NCBI GenBank assembly: GCA_951406725.2 | Contig: OX597832.1 | Coordinates: 18,104,001 to 18,168,000, forward strand | Direction: 5' to 3' | Length of the DNA: 64,000 nucleotides | From: Octopus vulgaris | Taxonomy: Eukaryota | Part shown: piece after piece, positions 28,026 to 41,900 of the stretch | Position numbering within the stretch: position 1 is the first letter of the stretch | How the letters are laid out: the number at the start of each line of letters is the position of its first letter | Translations under genes and position numbers: made by a program | Notes under the pieces: generated by a model | What the model was told of the DNA's origin: nothing | The model's database searches: none | The model's input: only the letters and a program-made list of their open reading frames with translations

Positions 28026-28522
28026 TGAGTGAGCGAGCAGAGCATGCCATCAAAGTGACACTGGGGTAAAATATACGAAGCCCAGTATACCCATCATGAC
28101 TACCCGTCTGATAAGGGTACACCAGGCACATGCATCACAACCATATGTGCGCGACATGGTGATCTCATATCAAGATAAACAGCACATGACCTTGCAGGAG
28201 GAGCCCAGTTAGAATTTTCTTCAGATCGAGTAACCCATCCCGCTCAAAAGGTCCCTGAATAAGGGTTGTTTAAGGACGTTGAACGAAACACCTATGTTTC
28301 CAGAGGTGAATTATTCAAACCCCAAAGAATCCTTCTCAACACATGGCTATGATGCTCCCCCACTACTTCTGCTCGTGATCAGAGATGCACATATCGTCAG
28401 CCACTAAGGGGCATGCTCAACTAGTTAAGGTCAAACAACTGACAGGCAAATCTGTGGTATTGAGCAGAATATTTGCTGTAGCCCATCTTTTATACCAAGA
28501 CAAAACAATGTACATGATAACA
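28026..28522 (-). mobile_element. Non-coding interspersed element embedded in (AAT)n (possibly R4/Dong-type non-LTR derivative)
   Basis: Copies at 28647-29046, 34175-34345, 34908-34937 and 47429-47629; this copy is flanked on both sides by (ATT)n. Confidence 0.75.
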
Positions 28523-28585
<63 letters not shown>

Positions 28586-28646
28586 TTATTATTATTATTA
28601 TTATTGCTGTTGTTTCTTTTGTTGTTGTTGTTGCTATTATTATTAT

Positions 28647-29046
28647 TGAGTGAGTGAGCAGTACATGCCATCAAAGTGACACTGGCGTAAAATATACGAA
28701 GCCCAGTATACCCATCATGACTACCCATCTGATAAAGGTACACCAGGAACGTGCACCACAAGGATATGTGCGTGACAGGTTGATCGAACCTCAAGATAAA
28801 CGGGGCATGTGGGGCCCAGTTAGAGTTTTCAAAACGTCACTGAATAAGGGTTTAAGGATGTTGAACGAAACAACCACGTTTCCAAAGTTTGAATTATCCA
28901 AACCCCAAGTAATTCCTGGTTATGATGCTCCTCCGCTACTTCTGCTTGCGATCAGTGAAGCATACATCGTCAACCACATGCGCAACTGGTTAAGGTCAAA
29001 CTACTGACAAGCAAATCTGTGGTATTGACCAAGAATATTTGCTGTA
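28647..29046 (-). mobile_element. Second, more deleted copy of the (AAT)n-associated element
   Basis: Same terminus TGAGTGAG...GCATGCCATCAAAGTGACACTGG as 28026. Confidence 0.75.
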
Positions 29047-29841
29047 TCATAACTTTGTCAGCAGTAACTATCTGATCTTCCCATTCTGTTTTCACAGCTG
29101 CATTGCGCTCGAAATTGAATTTGCTGTCAGTAAAAGAGCAAATCAACATTTTCGATGTTTCGAAAGTTTGTCTATAAAAAGCTTTCGAATACCTATCATA
29201 TAGCGTTAAAATTGTTAAAATTGACTGCTATCCATGTTAGAGGCCGTTTAGCTTAATGATAAATTGCTGAAACGATATCTGGGTGGTATAGCGTTCGTCT
29301 CACGTATCTGACACCTTCCCGCACCCCGAACCGTATCAGAAGAAGGTAATACCAAATTTTTTCTCTGCTGCTTTCACAGCTATACTGATTTCGAAATTTA
29401 CCTTGTAGCATATTTTATTGGAGTGCAGCGTCCTTGCTTTATGATACGCTTATGCAAAACAAATTAACTCTATGTGTTTAATGTCGATTTTATAAGAGAA
29501 AGAAGTAGTATATGCTCAATAGAAACAGCGATGAAGAACATTGCTTCATGTGTGTTGTTGGCCTCGATATAAGCACTGTCTCCAAATCACGTCATTTTTT
29601 ATCAGCCGTCTTGCATCGGTATTTGCAATAACAGAAACAAAATCTATTTAACTATTTCGACAACGACCTCCTTAAGATTATTTATTGGGTCAGATATTAC
29701 AACCATTTCTACTGTTAATTAGTGTATTATATTAATTAATCCGTGAGAATATATAATGTACAATTCTTCGAAGCAATATAATGATGAATATAAGATGAAG
29801 TGTCTTGTTCTTGAAAACGTTTAATAATATATTTTCCACTA

Positions 29842-30076
29842 TTAAGGCGGCGAGCTGGCAGAAACTTTAGCACGCCGGGCGAAATGCGTAACCGTATTTC
29901 GTCTGCCATTACGTTCTGAGTTCAAATTCCGCCGATGTAGTCTTTGCCTTTCATTCTTTCGGGGTCGATAAATTAAGTACCAGTTACGCACTGGGGCCGA
30001 TGCAATCGACTTAATGCGTTTGCCTGTCCTTGTTTGTCCCCTCTGTGTTTAGCCCCTTCTGGGTAGTAAAGAAATA
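29842..30076 (+). mobile_element. SINE-2, full length with 16-bp TSD
   Basis: GGCGGCGAGCTGGCAGAA...GAGTTCAAATTCC head; TSD AATATATTTTCCACTA at 29826-29841 and 30077-30092. Confidence 0.9.
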
Positions 30077-31078
30077 AATATATTTTCCACTACATTAAAT
30101 CCGATCATTTATGGTACTAATATTGAGTTTCGATTGCAAACGCTTAATAGATTCCACTGAGTCGCAGGATACCTTTATATTTTTTCTTGTATATATTTCA
30201 ACCATTAGAATGAGGCCATACTGGGGCATCGCCAGGAATGGCTCATCCAGACAGATCGATCCTAGTATCAATATCTCTTAAGTATGGTACTTATTTTATC
30301 TGTCTCGTTTGCCGGACAATATTTCGTGGATTTAAATCAACAAACTCCAGTTTCCACATGCCGATTGCCAAGTGGCGGTGACATACAGTTTTGTAAATTT
30401 GAAAAATCTGGTCTGGTTATCTTTAGCAACACCTTCGCTGAGGATCTACGTAGTCAGACAATACAATGACTAAGCATCGACAACGATCATCAAATTTAAA
30501 TTCATGTGTTATGGGAGGGAATTCGACAATTTACACGATGGAGTTTTTCTATTAAATACACAGAGCCGCTCACACACTTGAATGCAGTGGTGATATACGA
30601 GAATACTAACACGCAGGAATTCACACAACACACGCCTATGTATAAAAGTATATAACTTTTTTACAAAGAAAATGAAAAATAAAATGAGCTCAGGCTGAAG
30701 ACGAGGAAAACGACAGGTCTAAACAATGAGGATGATGACGATGATGATCATGACGACGAAGATGAAAACGATGATAATGACGACGATGATCATGATGAAG
30801 ATATATATCAAGATGGCAATGATTACGAGGAGGATGACGATGATGATGATGAAAACTGAAAACTTTGTGAATGATTGCTAAAATGGTTACGTCGCATCCG
30901 ACCTTCCTGACAATGCACTCCACCTATGTTGCATCATATTACATATAGTTACTATATGTATGTGCCTTCGTGTGTGTGTGTGTATGATTGTGTACCTGCG
31001 TGTGTATATGTATATATGTATGTGTGTATGTATATATATATATATATATATATCTGCATGTATGTATATATATATATA

Positions 31079-31121
<43 letters not shown>

Positions 31122-31819
31122 GTATGTGTAAGTATGTGTGTGTGTTTGTGTCTATGTATGTATATTTTTCAATGTATCTATCATTACACACACATATATA
31201 CATAGACACATATTCAGAGTTATACGCATATGATATAAGCATACAGATATATACATACATATGAACACACGTGTATATAAACGTTCCTATTTCTAATTTA
31301 AAACCTATTTTCTTCTTACTGTATATGTACGTACCGTTTTATTAAGTTTTCTTAATTTTTTTCTTCCTATTCTTTTATTTTCTTCTTACCAAATCTACCC
31401 CATTATCACCCAGCGGGTACTTCGCATCATCCACCCTGTTACTGTTTTCACCTGTCTTATTTTTAATCTTGCCACGTCCCTCACTCAGTTTCCCAGTCTG
31501 TTGTCTCTTTCTTTCTCTCCTTCTCTCCCTCTCTCCCTCTGAAGCTGTCACACACACACACATACACACATACACACTCTCTATCTCTCTCTCTCTCTCT
31601 CTCGACATTCTTCTCGCTCGTTATCTCTAACTCTTCTTTCAAAAACACCCTGTCCCTTTTTGACACGAATGTCAAAAGCGAAAGACCCCGTCACTAATTA
31701 AATTCAATCCACCCACAAACCATTTGCCGTAACAGGGACCCAATTGCCTAATTTGTCACTAGCTCCAGGTAACTATATTTCTATTAATCAATGCTTCTCT
31801 TGTTGCTGACGCTGTCGTC

Positions 31820-31838
31820 ATTATTATTATTATTATTA

Positions 31839-31929
<91 letters not shown>

Positions 31930-32029
31930 CATTATTATTATTATTATTATTATTATTTTTGTTTTTGTTTTTGTTTTTATTGTTTTTGTTGTTGTTATTA
32001 TTATTATTGTCGTTGTTGTTGTTATTATT

Positions 32030-32067
<38 letters not shown>

Positions 32068-32186
32068 TATTATTATCATCATCATCATCAACGTTGTTGT
32101 CATCATCATCATCATCATCATCATTATCACCATTATTATTATTATTATTATTATCATTATTATTATTATTATCATTATTATTATTA

Positions 32187-32270
<84 letters not shown>

Positions 32271-32500
32271 TCATCATCATCATGATTAATATTATTATTA
32301 TTCTGGTTATTGCTGTTGATTTTGTTATTGTTGTTCCTGCTGGTGATGCTGTTAGTAAGTTTGTTTTTGTTGTTTTTATTGATGCTGCTGCTGCTGATGA
32401 TGATGATGGCGATGATGATGAGGGTGATGATGATGGCGATGATGGTGATGAAGATGATGATGATCATCATCATTATCGTCATGATAATGATGATGATGTT
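31820..32500. repeat. Long (ATT)n/(CAT)n/(GAT)n mosaic
   Basis: Directly visible. Confidence 0.95.
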
Positions 32501-33100
32501 GACAATACTCGGTTCTTGACGTTATTTATATTTGTATTGTTGCTGTGGTTGTTGTCTTCACTGATATTGATGTGGTTGTTGCAAGTGTTGTTGTTGTTAC
32601 TACTTCTACTGTCGTTGTTGTTATGGTTACATTTATCTCTCTAACATGTGCATGACACTCCTCTTAATCTCACAAGCCCAACCCACAGAAGCTAACAAAA
32701 TAAACCAGTTTTCCGTTCACACATTCAAGTCCTCAAGATTTTTTTATTTTTTTCCATAATTTCATTTTCATCTATTTATAAGAGGACAGGATATTAATTC
32801 ATTGAGGTTATTGACACATTAGATAGCAAAGACTGTGATTCGAACGCGTGTACACCAGACAATGTAGAGTTGCCAATTTTAAAACATGGAATGAGAAATG
32901 CGTCAAGTCATTCTTAGACATTTTATGTTCTCGGCGAAAACAGAGAATGGATTATGTGTACTAATATGAAAACATAACATTCTCTGTATACACCATGTGT
33001 GCATTTGCGTATCTATCTATGTAAATATACATATATGTACGAATGTATGAATGTATATGTATTTATATATGTATGTATACATGATATATGTATATATAAC

Positions 33101-33162
<62 letters not shown>

Positions 33163-33304
33163 AATCTATTTATTTATATATCTATCTATCTATCTACATA
33201 TCTATCTTTCTACCAATGTATCTATCTATCTATCTATCTATATATCTATCTATCTATCTATCTATCTATCTCTATATATACATATTTATATGCATATACG
33301 AAAT

Positions 33305-33505
33305 GTAATCATATGTGAATCGTTTGCGATTATCTCCCTCCGTCTTCCATTCTTCTGGACTTTCGTCTGTTTCCGAAGAAGAGCGTTGCACGAAACGTTA
33401 ACCACCTTTCTCTCCCTCCCTAAGCGTCTACTAATACTTTACATATACCACATCGTCGGGTTGCAATTTTCTATGTGTTTGTTCTTTTTGGGGATTTACT
33501 ATAAA
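33305..33505 (+). mobile_element. Family A (subtype A2) element with degenerate hammerhead at 33369-33403
   Basis: GTTT-CCGAAGA-A-GAGC gtt GCAC-GAAA-CG-TT-AAC; flanks match 61552-61760. Confidence 0.65.
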
Positions 33506-33519
33506 TATTATTTTATTTT

Positions 33520-33930
33520 ATTTGTTTCTTGTTTCAGTCATTTGTCTGTGGCCATGCTGGAGCACTGCCTTTAGTTTAACAAATCGACCACAGGACTTGG
33601 TTTTTTTGCAGAACCGCAAAGTTACAGGGACGTAAAGACATCAACATCGGTTGACAAGCGATGGTCAGGAAAGAAACACAGATATACAAGTATACACATA
33701 CACACACATACACGCACACACTCATTCACACACACACACTCGCACATTATATATATATATATATATATATACGAAGGGCTTCTTCAATTTTCGTCTACCA
33801 AATCTACTCACAAGGTTCTGGTCGGCCTTAGCCTATAGTAGAAGACAGTTGCCCAAGTTGCCACGCAGTGGGACTGAACCCGAAACCATGTGGCTGGTAA
33901 GCAAGCTACTTACCACACAGCCACACCTTT
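33520..33930 (-). mobile_element. SINE-1
   Basis: Reverse complement match to SINE-1. Confidence 0.85.
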
Positions 33931-34174
33931 GCCGTATTTTTTAAGGTTAAACCATTTTTTACCCCCGCCCATATATGACACTCACTTGCGAGATTGCCAC
34001 GCAAGAACCAGCACTTCGGTATGAATAATTGGGTACACTACCAGCAGTATATTGGATAGGCACTATCCTTAAATTGGTTTGCTTCCCAAACTCTAACATC
34101 CATTATATTAGATGATAAGGCATTAAAACAATCTGACTTTCTTCAAACAAGACATAATTTTCTTTTGTTACATA

Positions 34175-34345
34175 TTGTCAAATCCCGAAGAATCCCTGTA
34201 AACACATGGCTATGATGCTCCTCTGTTACTCCTGCTCATGATCAGACATGCACATATCGTGAGCCACTAAGGGATATGCTCAACTGGTTAAGGTCAATCA
34301 ACTGACAAACAAAGATGTGGTACTGAGAGTAGTAATTGCTATAAC
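34175..34345 (-). mobile_element. Internal fragment of the (AAT)n-associated element
   Basis: Matches 28315-28480. Confidence 0.7.
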
Positions 34346-34751
34346 GATATTTCTGCTTCGATAAGTAAGCGCTGAATCCGTATGAAATGTACTGCAAAAT
34401 AGGTCATTGATATCCAGGTCTCAGAAGCAAACTTTGGAGGGAGTAGCAGTCATTTCCTCCGATTTCTAGAAAGAAGTATATAGGAGATAACACTTACGGG
34501 TCAAAGCCAGAGGTAAAAAAAAAATTCTTATATATTTTACAATGTTTTTGGCATAACGCCAGGAAATTTACAATATAAGAATTAATCGATCACCTTGACA
34601 CTTGCACTTATTTTATTTTATCGTATCAAGTTTAACATATTAATAGCAATTATTATTATGGACGTCAGTGAAAGTGTCCTTTCAAGTCTCGTCACATAAT
34701 GTGTGGTGTCAACACAGATATCGAATTATAAAAGAATTATTTCTTACGTGA

Positions 34752-35360
<609 letters not shown>

Positions 35361-35379
35361 GCGTGAGGCAGAGGGGTTG

Positions 35380-35830
35380 TTTTTTGTATGTTTGGGAAGG
35401 TAAGAATATCAGGCTAATTAAACCGACCTTATTTCATGAAATATATTAGTTTATCGAAGCCGGGAGTATTGAATAAGACGGACATCACCGAGATTTCATG
35501 AAGGAAATTTAAGCTTATTTTCTTACTCATCCATGTATAGTGTCTTCTCTGTTCGATGCTTTACTGATCAGCCTGGTTTATTTCAATGTATATCAATTTG
35601 TTTAATTTTCAGTTTTTGTTTTCTACGGTACTATATTTCTATATATAAAAGCGACACGTTTCCCGTATTGTTTTAGCTTACAAATATTTGGCCAAATTCT
35701 AGTCATATTTGAAGAGACATTAATTTGTTTGTTCCATTCAACAAGAGTTGCCTTCCAGCCTCGTTTTGCTTCTCTAATGTCGGCTTTTGTGTTCTTTCGA
35801 ATCTCCTGCACTCATTTCTCGTCTGTTTGC
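35380..35830 (-). pseudogene. Decayed LINE ORF2 linker region (pre-RT), I/Jockey-group-like
   Basis: IREAKRGWKATL...INVSSNMTRIWPNICKLK followed by LHEI...NTPGFDKLIYFMK, resembling the EAK..SW and APGPD motifs before RT. Confidence 0.45.
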
Positions 35831-36427
35831 TTCATTTATGTTTTTGTGTGTTTGTTTTAGGATTTTTATTCATATCTTTATTTCTTGATTACTTCTATAA
35901 ACCATTTTTCTTTTCTTACTTTCATTCATTTAACATTTTCTTTCTTTCTCTCTTTCCTTTTGAATGTCTGTACACTCACTTCTGGTCAGACTTCCTTTCT
36001 ACTTTCTTTCCATTTCTTCCCTCTTTTTATTTTTATTCTTCTTTTCCTGCATAGTCTTTCATTCTACTGTCCTTCATTTCTTACATCATTCTTTCTTTTT
36101 CTCCTTCGTCTTTTCTTCATATATTCATTTATTATCCTGCAGCCGATCTATTCATTCAATTTCCCTTTTATAATCCGGCCAGTCACTCAATATACATTTC
36201 CTTCTATCTTACATTTTATCCCTCTCCCTCTTACACCTCTTATATCGGTTTCTCTCTTTTCTCCCTCTCAGACTGTCTTCGCTCGCAAGACTAAGCTCTT
36301 AAAATTAGTAATTTCCATACTTTCTTTCCGACCCCAAATATTTTTCTCAAGATTTTGTCTGTTCACACGGCATACACACACACATACACACACACACACA
36401 CACACACAAAATAAATATAAGTATGTA

Positions 36428-36597
36428 GGCGCAGGAGTGGCTGTGTGGTTAGTAGCTTGCTAACCAACTACATGGTTCTGGGTTCAGTCCCACTGCGTGT
36501 CACCTTGGGCAAGTGTCTTCTGCCTACAGCCCCGGACCGACCAATGCCTTGTGAGTGGATTTGGTAGACGGAAACTGAAAGAAGCCTGTCGTATATA

Positions 36598-36652
<55 letters not shown>

Positions 36653-36860
36653 TTGTGTGTCTGTGTTTGTCCCCCTGGCATTGCTTGACAACCGATGCTG
36701 GTGTATTTACGTCCCCGTCACTTAGCGGTTCGGCAAAATAGACGGATAGAATAAGTACTGGGCTTACAAAGAATAAGTCCCGGGGTCGATTTGCTCGACA
36801 AAAGGCGGTGCTCCAGCATGACCGCAGTCAAATGACTGAAACAAGTAAAAGAGTAAAATA
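36428..36860 (+). mobile_element. SINE-1, full length
   Basis: Complete head GGCGCAGGAGTGGCTGTGTGG and tail GAAACAAGTAAAAGAGTAAAA. Confidence 0.92.
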
Positions 36861-37131
36861 GTATGCATGTATGTATGTCGTCCGCAAATGAGATCCAGAG
36901 ATTCTCTGTATGCAAGACACTTCGTAATGATAAAATGATTCAAACTTGGACGCCGATGTCTTTACAGGGAACGATTCGACAAGGTAAAGAAAAGCTACAC
37001 GAGGGAACAAAACGGTATAGAGGCAATGAAGAAGATAAACAATTTAGAAACATTAAAGATATTAAATATGTAATTTTGGGTATGAAATAAGAAACGTCTA
37101 TATCTATATCTATATATCTATCTATACACAC

Positions 37132-37177
<46 letters not shown>

Positions 37178-37182
37178 GTATG

Positions 37183-37222
<40 letters not shown>

Positions 37223-37319
37223 TAAAACGGTAAGATAACAAAAGAAAGAAAGAGACCTCAATATTATGTAAATAGAGGAAATTTATCTATACAATAATAT
37301 GTTACATTACTCGATAGTC

Positions 37320-37381
37320 AAGATAAAACTCTGAGTTTCAGATGCGGAAGTGGGAATCCACGACATCTCTTCGGTTATCTC
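37320..37381 (-). ncRNA. Type-I hammerhead motif (family B)
   Basis: GAGATAA-CCGAAGA-GATG...CATC-T-GAAA-CTC A GAG-TT-TTATCTT. Confidence 0.6.
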
Positions 37382-37428
37382 TACAGTATCCGAAGTATTT
37401 CATTAACTGGATAATATCCTTTAAGAGA

Positions 37429-37490
37429 GAGATAACCGAAGAGATGTCGTGGATTCCCACTTCGGCATCTGAAACTCAGAGTTTTATCTC
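37429..37490 (+). ncRNA. Type-I hammerhead motif (family B)
   Basis: GAGATAA-CCGAAGA-GATGTCG tggattcccactt CGGCATC-T-GAAA-CTC A GAG-TT-TTATCTC; 7-bp stem I, 7-bp stem II (one G-U pair). Confidence 0.65.
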
Positions 37491-37513
37491 GACTATCGGG
37501 TAATGTAACATAT

Positions 37514-37592
<79 letters not shown>

Positions 37593-37934
37593 AAAGATGC
37601 AGCAACATACTCTGATAAGCTCAACTGGTACTAATAGATTGAGGCCACGACAGACAGGGTGATTGTTCGTGTAGTCGAGGATTTTGAACTTACTGTGACA
37701 ATATTTACGTATCGCTTGAGAAAATAGTATTAGATCTCATAATGCAGGGAATCATTTGTATAATTAAGTGCCTGGACGCCTGGATAACTACGTTGCGTGG
37801 AAACAATTGCAGTGATTAAAACATAAATGACCAATCATACTCCTTGTTGATAGCAACTGTTTTATATATATATATACATATATATATAGTACGTTTAAAT
37901 TGGCTAAACTGGCAAAATGACCATTCCGAAATAT

Positions 37935-37985
<51 letters not shown>

Positions 37986-38386
37986 TGTATGCATGTGCCT
38001 GTATATATGTACATATGCTTAACGTGCATTAATAGTAAAAATCACACACACACACTTACTATATATTTAGTGAGAGATGGATGTTCAACCACCCTTGCAC
38101 AATTATATACGAGTGTGTGGGAGTGTGCACGAGTGTGAGTGCGTAATCTATTGTGTCTAAGTCGACCTACTTTGAGATATTTATCTACGTCAACAATATC
38201 CTTGAAATAGTTTGGCAATGTGTTTCACGGACGGTTAAATTCAACCTTCATAAAAAAACGGAATTCAGGCGGGAGTTAAGAATTAAGCGAGATTTGATCG
38301 CCTGTCCATTTTTTTACTTAATGGTAAATGTTGTTTTATTATATTTCAATGTTCTTCAATTTTTTACAGAAATCCTTTTTTTAAAG

Positions 38387-38706
38387 ACTCCGTCGGTTAC
38401 GACGACGAGGGTCCCAGCTGATACGATCAACGGAACAGCTTGCTCGTGAAATTAACGTGCAAATGGCTGAGCATTCCACAGACACGTGTACCCTTATCGT
38501 AGTTCTCGGGGATAATCAGCGTGACACAGAGAGTGACAAGGCTGACCCTTTGAAATACAAGTACAACTCATTTTTGCCAGCTGAGTGGACTGGAGCAACG
38601 TGAAATAAAGTGTCATGCTCAAGGACACAACGCGTCGCCGGGAATCGAACTCACAACCTTACGATCATGAGCCGAATGCCCTAACCACTAAGCCACGCGC
38701 CCTCAC
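38387..38706 (-). mobile_element. SINE-3b (head H3, tail Y), full length
   Basis: tRNA-like head GGGCGCGTGGCTTAGTGGTTAGGG...GAGTTCGATTCCC; head and core shared with SINE-3a. Confidence 0.85.
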
Positions 38707-38811
38707 TACAGAAACACTAGAAAATGATGGAAGAATCTTAGCAACATCTCGATCGATCACGATCATTTTTAGAAAAATATATACAAAATATTACATTTAA
38801 ATTATTCTCTC

Positions 38812-39017
38812 TTTACCGTCTTTTACTCTCTTTTAATTGTTTCAGTCATTTGACTGCGGCCATGCTAGAGCGCCGCCTTTAGTCGAGCATATCCACCCCA
38901 GGACTTTTTCTTTGTAAGCCTAGTACATATTCTATTGGTCTCTTTTGCCGAACCGCTAAGTGACGGGAACGGAAACACACCACAATCGGTTTTCAAGCGA
39001 TGTTGTCTAACATATAT

Positions 39018-39084
<67 letters not shown>

Positions 39085-39238
39085 CAGATATACGACTGGC
39101 TTCTTTCAGTTTCTGTCTACCACATCCACTCACAAGGATTTGGTCAGCCCGAGGCTATAGTAGAAGAAACTTGCCCAAGGTGCCACCATGTGGGAATGAA
39201 CCCGGAACCATGTGGTTGGTAAGGAAGCTACTTACCAC
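38812..39238 (-). mobile_element. SINE-1
   Basis: Reverse complement match. Confidence 0.88.
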
Positions 39239-39669
39239 TGACAAAGCACACTCGATATTTTATAATTCACATAAATTATATTTCATACAAAACAGTGGTT
39301 CAGTCACAATTGGAATATGTTTCATCAAAGATCTTGCTCACAGTTACTAACCTGAATATTTATGAAACAAAACTTATTTCTATAGTTTGTAGATGCTAAG
39401 TAATACCATATGCAATCTTTCTATTTCTCTGATGATTTTTAGCAAAGTGGAATTAATCATAATAAATACGACCGATTATATTTCTTTATTCTAGTACCAG
39501 ATATAACACATGGTAATAATCATGCCTGAAATTTGTCAATGGTGACAGAGGAGAATACAGGAAAAACGTCTTGGAATCGGGTCCTCATTTATCTGTTCTG
39601 GAAGAGAAAATAACCCGGACATTATAAGTCAATAAAAGCGCCAATTATAATATTTCTGCAAGAGACACA

Positions 39670-40205
39670 AGGTCTGAAATTTGAGAAGAAAGAGGTATTC
39701 GATTACGACGACCCCAGTACTAATCTGTGTCTCATTTTATCGATTACGAAAGCTGAAGGTAAATCGACCTCGGTGGAATTTGAACTGAGAAAGTAAATGC
39801 AAATATAAACTCACGATGAAACATCTCTGAGATATTCGCTAGGCGTTCTGCCAATTTCCCTGGTTAGGAACAACAACATGATGCCCTCAAATTAAAATTT
39901 GTTTGAATCGAGTAACCTTTAAATCATGTGATATTATTTGAATTCAATACCATTGCATGCACATGTTATCTTTTCGAAACTACAAGAGTGAGAAAAAGGT
40001 TTCAAATTTTGATACAAAGACAGCAATTTCGGGGAAATTGATAAATCGATATCATTGACCCCAGTCTCAGCTGGTGCTTATAGTAACGATCCCGAAAGTT
40101 AAAATCAAATCGACCTCCATGGGATTTGAACACGGAACGTAAAAACGGAGGAAATGAGGCTAAACATTTTACCCGGTGAGTTAACGGTTCTGTCACTTCG
40201 CGGTC
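39670..40205 (-). mobile_element. Two old diverged SINE-2 copies (~39670-39860, ~40010-40205)
   Basis: GACCCCAGT...TCGACCTC.GTGGAATTTGAAC blocks. Confidence 0.6.
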
Positions 40206-40574
40206 TTAAAGTCCACCTACGCGACATTAGAATTCAGGACGTATAGACAGACGAAATGATGCCAAGCATTTTGGCAAGACGAAAACATCATCAACCACAG
40301 GTTTAACTAATCTCGGTCGATAGTAGTTACTCGACCACAATATTTGGTATGATTCACTATAGCTTATGCATATTTAATATGCGTAATTGCTGATATGATC
40401 TCAAATGCATTGTTTCTAATTGGTTTAAAATAATTAAGTAATAGAATAATCGGAATGTGTCTCGACGTGATTTGGGTGCAGAGAGACACATGAAAGAAAG
40501 CAACGAAAAAAATAAAAACATCATCTATGAATGGAAGAATACGTTTATATATATATATATATATATATATATGT

Positions 40575-40821
40575 AGCGGCGCGTGAATTAGTGGTTAGGG
40601 TGTCAGCATCATAATCGTAAGATTGTGGTTTCGATTCCTGGTCCGGGTTACGCGTTGTGTTGTTGAGCAAAATACTTCACTTTAATTTGCTCCAGTCCAC
40701 TCAGCTGGCAAAAATGAGTAACGCTGTGATGGGCTGGCGTCCCATCAAGCTGAGGAACACATACGCCATTGAAACCGGGAAACCGGGTCTATGAGCCAGG
40801 CTAGGCTTTAAAAGGGTGCAT
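40575..40821 (+). mobile_element. SINE-3a (head H3, tail X)
   Basis: Matches the reverse complement of 24843-25090. Confidence 0.85.
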
Positions 40822-40822
40822 G

Positions 40823-40865
<43 letters not shown>

Positions 40866-41067
40866 ACATATTTTTATATCTCTATAAAAACATCTAGAAT
40901 TCTGTGCGTGCGCATATGCATCTATGTGTCTGTGTAAGATAGTATTATTACTGAAATGAGTGATGTATATGCCTATGAATATAGGCATGGCATAACATAA
41001 CGTCCATCTTTATATATTCATATTCAGAAAGTTGCGCTCATGTGTGATAATGATGGTCATATCTCTG

Positions 41068-41123
<56 letters not shown>

Positions 41124-41509
41124 TACACAAATATACATATGTATGCACATTAAATATGGAAACATATATGTGTGTGTATACAGATGCAGAGATATATACA
41201 TGCATATATAATCACAAAAAAATGGCACCAAAGGAACATACGCTTAAATATTAGAAGGACTATATATGAGAGAACCATAACAATTTAAACACACATCTCT
41301 TGTGTTTGTGATGCGCAGATAAAAGACGGTTTGTGGGCCTATAGTTTGCAGCAGCAATCTGAGTAAGTTGTCCCTGAGGAATAAGCTCCAAAACATTTAA
41401 ATGCTCTGTCAATAGATTCCTCTTAAGTTTTAGGCAAATCAAAGCCATGAAAAGTGTTTACATATTAATATTTCTCTCACAGCTAGGTTTTCTAACACTC
41501 AGAAGCACA

Positions 41510-41551
41510 CAAACACACACACACACACACACATACATATATACATACATA

Positions 41552-41583
<32 letters not shown>

Positions 41584-41743
41584 CATGCATATATGCATAT
41601 ATATATGTATATATATATATATGCATATATACATATATATATATACATGCATATATATATATATGCATATATATATATATGTATATATGCATATATACAT
41701 ATATGTATATATATATATATATATACACATATATACATATATG

Positions 41744-41775
<32 letters not shown>

Positions 41776-41900
41776 TCAACCTGTCTGACTATATATCTAT
41801 CTGTCTATGTATCTCTCTATCTATCTATCTATCTATATGTATGTGTGCATACGCACACTCACACACACACACATATACATATATACGTATATATATAGTT
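41510..41900. repeat. Degenerate (TA)n/(CA)n tract
   Basis: Directly visible. Confidence 0.9.

Larger units (their letters stand above)
37221..37517 (-). mobile_element. Family B fold-back element in (TA)n; ~90-bp inverted arms 37293-37382 / 37428-37517
   Basis: Near-perfect palindrome flanked by (TA)n on both sides. Confidence 0.85.
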
